Positions 57,497-64,000 of a stretch of DNA of 64,000 bases are shown here, in pieces. The notes under the pieces are model-generated. The model was not told the DNA's origin. It did no database searches and saw only the letters and a list, made by a program, of their open reading frames with translations. This DNA comes from Eledone cirrhosa (lineage: Eukaryota): positions 76,818,001 to 76,882,000 of the forward strand of contig OZ024740.1 in assembly GCA_964016885.1 (NCBI GenBank), given 5' to 3'. Within the stretch, counting starts at the first letter, position 1; every line of letters starts with the position of its first letter. The position numbers were made by a program, and so were the translations under genes.

Positions 57497-57724
57497 AAAA
57501 CAGACGAATAATTCGTCGACAGTTAAAGTAGCAGGGCAAGGTTAAGAACTTAAATTCATTCTTTAATTTCTGAAAATAAATCTCCTTGTTCTTTTTCCTA
57601 TTGTGTGGGGTATCAAAATCATTCGAGTTTTATATTTCACTTAAACCTGCTTGGCGTTAACGTAACGTTAATTTGTATATTGATGATGCTAATTAGCATA
57701 GAACCGTGCTGGAGTTGCGAGTCT

Positions 57725-58027
57725 TTTAAGAGCTCAAAACAATCAGCCGGATCTGCCCGATTGTGTTGTTGTCCTCCCTGAAAGGCCAGCGCGGCAATCG
57801 TGTCAGTTTTGGCAACAAAGTGCGTAGGTCTGCTGTAGCATTCAAGCGCAACATGAGACTGGGGGGGGGGGGGGGGGTGAGGGACTGTCTGGTGGGAGTC
57901 TCATATGTGCCACATCTGTAAAACGACATGTAGGAGCAAGGCAAGTTTGCGGAGACATTCGCGGGCTCATGTCAGTTGAGCAGAGAGTTGAAGAGATGGC
58001 CTTCTTCTGTAAAGAGTGGCAGTTATC
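57725..58027 (+). mobile_element. RTE (BovB-like) LINE 3' end with C2H2 finger
   Basis: CHICKTTCRSKASLRRHSRAHVS* at 57908-57979, followed by (CA)n. Confidence 0.65.
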
Positions 58028-58042
58028 ACACACACATACACG

Positions 58043-58138
<96 letters not shown>

Positions 58139-58459
58139 GCACATAGCTTAGTGGTTAGAGCTTTGGGCTTGAAATTGTGACCGAAGTAGCTTTTACCATT
58201 TTACCATATATATATATGTGCTCTACGGTTCTCATATATTTGATATATATTTATCCTTATCGAACACTCTTTGGATTTTAGTCTTCAAATTTATTATTAT
58301 TACTATATATATATATATATGTATATATATGTATATAAAAATAACAGATTCAAGTTTAAGCAAAGAATTGCTGCTTTCATCCTTAATATGTATATTATCC
58401 TTATCGAGGCCTCTTCGGATTTTAGTCTTCACATTTATTATTATTACTATATATATATG

Positions 58460-58558
<99 letters not shown>

Positions 58559-58641
58559 ATATACATATATATAGCTGCAGCGTTCCAGTATGGTGTGTAT
58601 CTAGCAGAAAATGTCTTATCTTTCCTTCTCTTGTTTTACTA

Positions 58642-58747
58642 GATAATAGCTACTGAAGAACCAAGGCCGGTTCCGAGTTTTACAACTGACTAATTATTAC
58701 TAACAGTCTGGCTTTTGGTGAAACTGGTGTTGGTTGGGGTAATTATC
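58642..58747 (+). ncRNA. Type I hammerhead, canonical core, decayed stems I and III
   Basis: CTGAAGA-ACCAAGGCCGG...CTGGCTTTTGGT-GAAA-C..G-TT; GATAAT/ATTATC distal stem I. Confidence 0.55.
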
Positions 58748-59242
58748 CACATTTTCTTCGGTACTATTAGCAACAGTCCCGATTATAATCAGGAGAGTTG
58801 GTAAGAAAACAAATTAATAACGCTAACATTAAATAATTGAACATTTTAATTTTTTGTTGCTGTCCATAATTTATTTGTGGAATATATCGATAACTTTGAT
58901 GTCCTTATTTGACTATTTGATGATCGTAACGTCGCTGACCATATTGATCTAATGTTGATTGCCCTGATGTATTTCTTCAATTTTTTGCCACCTCACTACT
59001 GAATTCCGTAGAGATATATTCTGCATCTGTTTAACTCATGTCAGCATAAGTAGAACAGTGAGTGGTAGCATGATGTTGCAGTACCATACATTGCCCGGTG
59101 CACCTCGTGGTGTTTTGATTTTGTGAACTTATTAATATATATACATATATATAAATATGCATACATACATAAATATAAATATATATATATATATATATAT
59201 GATATTAAATAAATGGAAACTATATTTATAAAACCATATTTA

Positions 59243-59304
59243 TTTCATTATATATATTTCAGGGATATCATATTAACAATATGTTATGCCTTCATCAGAC
59301 AAAA
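59243..59304 (-). ncRNA. Type I hammerhead, canonical CUGAUGA core
   Basis: TTTTGT-CTGATGA-AGGCATAACATATT gtt AATATGATATCCCT-GAAA-TATATA-TA/ATGAAA. Confidence 0.7.
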
Positions 59305-59475
59305 TACAATATAAACAGTCTTATAAATAAATAGATATGACATACCTTTCAATCGACTTGCATTTGGGAAGTTGATTTGGCAGTAAAAAATATTGTGGAC
59401 AGTTGTAAAAAGAAAGTTATAATATCAGTTATAAATATTTACTCGTTGTTAACCCAACAATTTAAATATAACTTT

Positions 59476-59524
<49 letters not shown>

Positions 59525-60319
59525 CAAGGGAAAGCAAATAAAGAAAAAAATTTTAAATAAATTTTTTAAAATTCACTGTTCATACTATATGAGCCCTTAC
59601 CGCGGTTTTAAATCCCAAACGAATAGATAATCCAGGCGGACCTCCATGAGAAAGAGATTATCGTCAGAAGGCATTTCTCTCTCGGAGAATATAAAATTGC
59701 CGAGTTAAAAATTTCAAATTGGTGCCATTCCAAACTGCCTCAGAATGAGAGTAAATGAATAATAAAGCAGTTTTGGCATGTTACCGTGTGCAAAGGCGAA
59801 AGCACGGTGGACAAGTCAATCCTGTACTGCTAATATAATCTGGATATTAAGCACCCCGGACTGGTGCTGTACATGGAATCCATATCATCGCTTTGCTACA
59901 CATTTCCAATATTTAATATTTATAATATTTCTCCACGCACAGGCTTCTATAACATTCGTATGAAGGATTCATCACCAGTTCAACCCCCTTAACACTCTTG
60001 ATCTCCTGTTTAAGTGCTTCTATTACATGTAACACTCTGCCGCGCTATAGCATTATATAAACAAGACACACGTGCGTGCCACACGTGTAACTATTGCACT
60101 CAATAACTGCTTATGACTATCCTATCGCATTAATTTCATGTATTTTAACCTTAATTTTTGACTTTATCCTCTTTGGATATGAATGTAACCTTTAAATGTA
60201 TATTGCCACACTAAATATTATAATGGTTGTCGACCTACCAAGCAACAATGTTTGCATATGTATCTGTATGTCTCTTGGGTTGAAAAGGAGGTCATATATG
60301 TGATCATCCATTAATAAAT

Positions 60320-60366
60320 TGCTCCGAAGAATCCAAACCTCGGTTTGGAGGAAACAATTGTAAGCA
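60320..60366 (+). ncRNA. Minimal type I hammerhead (core CCGAAGA)
   Basis: TGCT-CCGAAGA-ATCCAAACC tc GGTTTGGAG-GAAA-CAATTG-TA/AGCA. Confidence 0.72.
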
Positions 60367-60612
60367 TATAAATGAATTGATCAGAACTTTGATTCTTATA
60401 ACTTATATATAACTGCTCTGTAAAACATCTGATGTTAGTACATTGAGCTATTTACCTTACTGGTCATAAGGTAGTCATATATTACTGCCTATAACTATCT
60501 AGGGTTTGTAAAAATATATATAACTACAAATGGTTTTTGTATTTGCATAACCATAAATAGTATCCTTAATATAATATATATATATATATATGACAAGTAA
60601 GTATGTTTTGAA

Positions 60613-60669
<57 letters not shown>

Positions 60670-60673
<4 letters not shown>

Positions 60674-61440
60674 TGAAGAGAGAAGAAACATTTAGATATA
60701 ATTAGTAATAAAATGTATCATACCTAAACTGCTCCTAGATTCCTCGACTACGTAGTTTCATGGCATAAACAAAAACAATACATCATAAAGATATAGAGTC
60801 CTTGCGAGGTCTGCCGACTTATCAAGAGGATACCTCATTTTACTAACCTCAAGAACGCGTCTACATGACGTGTGTTTCTAAATATATTGTTAATAACTCC
60901 CTCTGGTCGAGTAATCTTTGAAGTGTGGTGACTGCTGGAAAGCTGCCATTACTCATACTTCTCGCCTCCTTCACCACCTCTTCTACGGCTTCGATATAAA
61001 TACCCCCTCCGCCTCCGTGGTATTTTCTTCGGGGTTATAAGAGGCTTAGCTCTGTTTCTCGACCGTTATATCGCGTGACTATCTCCCCCTCCGCCTTTTG
61101 GATTCTTTCTCACGTCGTGTAGACGCGTTCTTGAGGCTAGTAAAATGAGGTATCCTCTTGATAAGTCGGCAGACCTCGCAAGGACTCTATATCTTTATGA
61201 TGTATTGTTTTTGTTTATGCCACGAAACTACGTAGTCGAGGAATCTAGGAGCAGTTTAGGTATGATACATTTTATTACTAATTATATCTAAATGTTTCTT
61301 CTCTCTTCATAATGTATTTTTAACTCTGATACTGGTTCAGTCTAGTTCAACTGGATTGGTCTGTCCCAGTCATTCATTGAGCAACATCGGTGAGGTTGGC
61401 ACTCTTAACTCACGGTTGGGTGTGGATGCATTCATGTATA
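60670..61440 (+). mobile_element. Non-coding PLE-type element with a 203-bp inverted arm
   Basis: 60670-60872 inverted at 61111-61313; flanked by TA-rich repeats. Confidence 0.85.
61153..61242 (+). ncRNA. Type I hammerhead, U3-A8 core (second copy on minus strand at 60741-60830)
   Basis: TCCTC-TTGATAA-GTCGGCA...TGCCAC-GAAA-CTACGTAG-TC/GAGGA. Confidence 0.78.
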
Positions 61441-61470
61441 TGTGTGTGTCCGCATGTATCTGTGTGTTTC

Positions 61471-61615
<145 letters not shown>

Positions 61616-61628
61616 ATATATATATATG

Positions 61629-61659
<31 letters not shown>

Positions 61660-61688
61660 GACAAGTAAGTATGTTTTGAAACACCTAA

Positions 61689-61868
61689 AGAAGCTTTCGC
61701 CGTGCTTTTAACTAAAGAAATTTTACCCTGATAGTTGGGTTTAGAACCCTGTAAGAAATGGAAAACGATGAGTATTGTCAATACTGAATATTTTTCCATT
61801 TTTTAGAGGGTTCTAAACTTCACTATCAGGCTAAAATTTCTTTAGTCAAAAGCACGGCGAAAGCTTCT
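61689..61868. repeat. Long imperfect palindrome (arms of about 80 bp) between TA runs
   Basis: AGAAGCTTTCGCCGTGCTTTT... / ...AAAAGCACGGCGAAAGCTTCT. Confidence 0.85.
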
Positions 61869-62193
61869 ATTCCTATATATAAATATATATTTATATATGT
61901 GTGTATCTGAATAGTTTGTATTGTTTTGAGTAAAGTGGGACGTTGTGTCGTACAACATTTTCTTGAAGGATTTTGTAAGTTTGGGTTTATGAGAGGATTA
62001 AAATGTTTCTGTCTCGTGTTACCGAGGTTTGATATCTACTGCGTCTCCCCAATCACTTTACACATAATCTTATATTAATTCAATTGTAGTGTTTCATTTT
62101 ATGTTTGTGGACATGAATGTAAATATAGCTGTACACATATATATACACACACACACACAAACACACACTCACACACACACACATGTATGTGTG

Positions 62194-62226
<33 letters not shown>

Positions 62227-63216
62227 ATGCGTGTGGGTATGTAAATCAATGTACGTATGTGTATATATGTGTATATATACACACACACTCATATATATTT
62301 TTACGTAATCATTCATTCATACACATATACAAACATGCCTGCATGTTTGTATACATACATACACATATACATACATGCATACATACATACATATATACAT
62401 ACATACATGCATACTTTTCAGTCTATATGAATGCAAATATGAAAATATCAACCAACCACGGTCGCAACCGAATCATTGTCTGATATGCCCTCTCGTCCTC
62501 CTATTTTTGGTGGTTTTGCGACACTGGGGGGGGGGGTCTTCTTTGAATAATGTCCCTCTTTAGACCCGTAGCATTTGACAAGTCCTGCGGAGAAGAAAAA
62601 TAAAAATAAATAGATATGAGAGTCCCTACTATGACAAGATCTGGTTTTCAATTAATCAGACGACATTTTACTTCACAACCAAACCCAAATGACAGGGTTG
62701 GAGACATTTCTTAAGATTAGTACTACGGTTAACAACCCCGTACATGACTACTACAACCAAAATGGCTCCAGGCGATTCGGGTTAATATTACTACATGAAA
62801 GGATCAAAGTTATAGTTTCGCTCTCTGCAAAGGACTGTTTGTTAACGCCGCACTAATTTAATGGGATATGCAGATCAGTAGGATGTGTACACATTAGGTG
62901 CAATTTTGTGATTTGAACACCGTGGCGCTGCTTTACATAACGATGCATAAAATTATATCCAGATACTTAATGATGAGATGTTTGTCGTAATATGTATGTA
63001 TATATATGTGTGTGTATGTATGCATCATGTATGTATATGTATGTGTGTTATGTGTGCGCGTATGTTCGTCTTCGGGTGAGTCTGCGTTTCTGTGCATGTA
63101 CAAACATGATATTCAAAAGTATACACATTTATATAAAAGCACATACAACGATATATAATATTTGTGTGGTGGATGTATTTGGATGTATTTATATATATAT
63201 TTATATATATATATAA

Positions 63217-63260
<44 letters not shown>

Positions 63261-63275
63261 TATATATATATATAT

Positions 63276-63340
<65 letters not shown>

Positions 63341-63355
63341 CTATATATATATGTA

Positions 63356-63428
<73 letters not shown>

Positions 63429-64000
63429 ATGTGTGTGTGTGTGTGTGTGTGTGACAAAGCAATCGGCACAATACATGGAAGAAATGGGTTAGTTTAATGC
63501 TAGGTTAGTTTAAGTGTGATACGAGGAAGTAACGGGGGTAAATGAGGAAAAAATGGAGTAGAAAAAACACACGTGCATATTAATTCGGCCATCATAGAGA
63601 GTAGGTGGTCAAGGGGTTTAGGAAGGGAGGTAATCGATGTATATGTGGGTCGGACATATGAGTATACGTTCGTATGTTGGTGTGCATGTGTGTGTGTGAG
63701 AGAGAGTAGGCGCGTGTGTGGGCACGTGTGTGTGTACGGGAATGTCTGTTCGTATGTTTGGTGAAGCCTTGAGACATGATGTGCTGGCTGCTATGAGTGT
63801 GTGGATATGTGAGTGAGCATGCGCGTGTCAACTGACCGACGTAAGGGGTTGTATAGGAATGTATGTGAATATCTACATATACGTCCTTAAACACATACAG
63901 GAGCAGCCAAGAGAGGCTGTGTAGAAGAGAGGAAGTAGTGAAATTGGTAGTAGCCTGTATATTTCATTACCTGGTATGGTCATAAGAGAAGCTGCTTAGT

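Overview
Very repeat-dense, AT-rich animal DNA. The Deu/Nin-domain tRNA-SINEs, extreme (TA)n/(CA)n/(AAT)n load and LINE spectrum suggest an octopus-like cephalopod (inference). No host gene is confidently identified; there is one candidate exon and one possible decayed cadherin-like remnant. Recognisable content: a head-to-tail array of four Tx1-clade LINEs (15.4-27.6 kb, minus strand), RTE and CRE LINE remnants, many SINEs, a Helitron-like element, and hAT, Tc1/mariner and piggyBac-like DNA-transposon remnants. The most interesting layer sits inside the (TA)n tracts: short non-coding elements from about ten families, several with inverted or partial-tandem ends. They carry type I hammerhead ribozyme motifs (about 12 complete, several halves), mostly with palindromic stem III. 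Remnants of Penelope-like GIY-YIG endonuclease and RT lie alongside them. One element restarts exactly at its predicted self-cleavage site (647-nt unit). At least two unrelated families carry a compensatory U3-A8 core. The SINE 3' tail resembles the Tx1 3' tail, suggesting a SINE-LINE partnership. All motifs and alignments were read by eye; no folding or database search was run.
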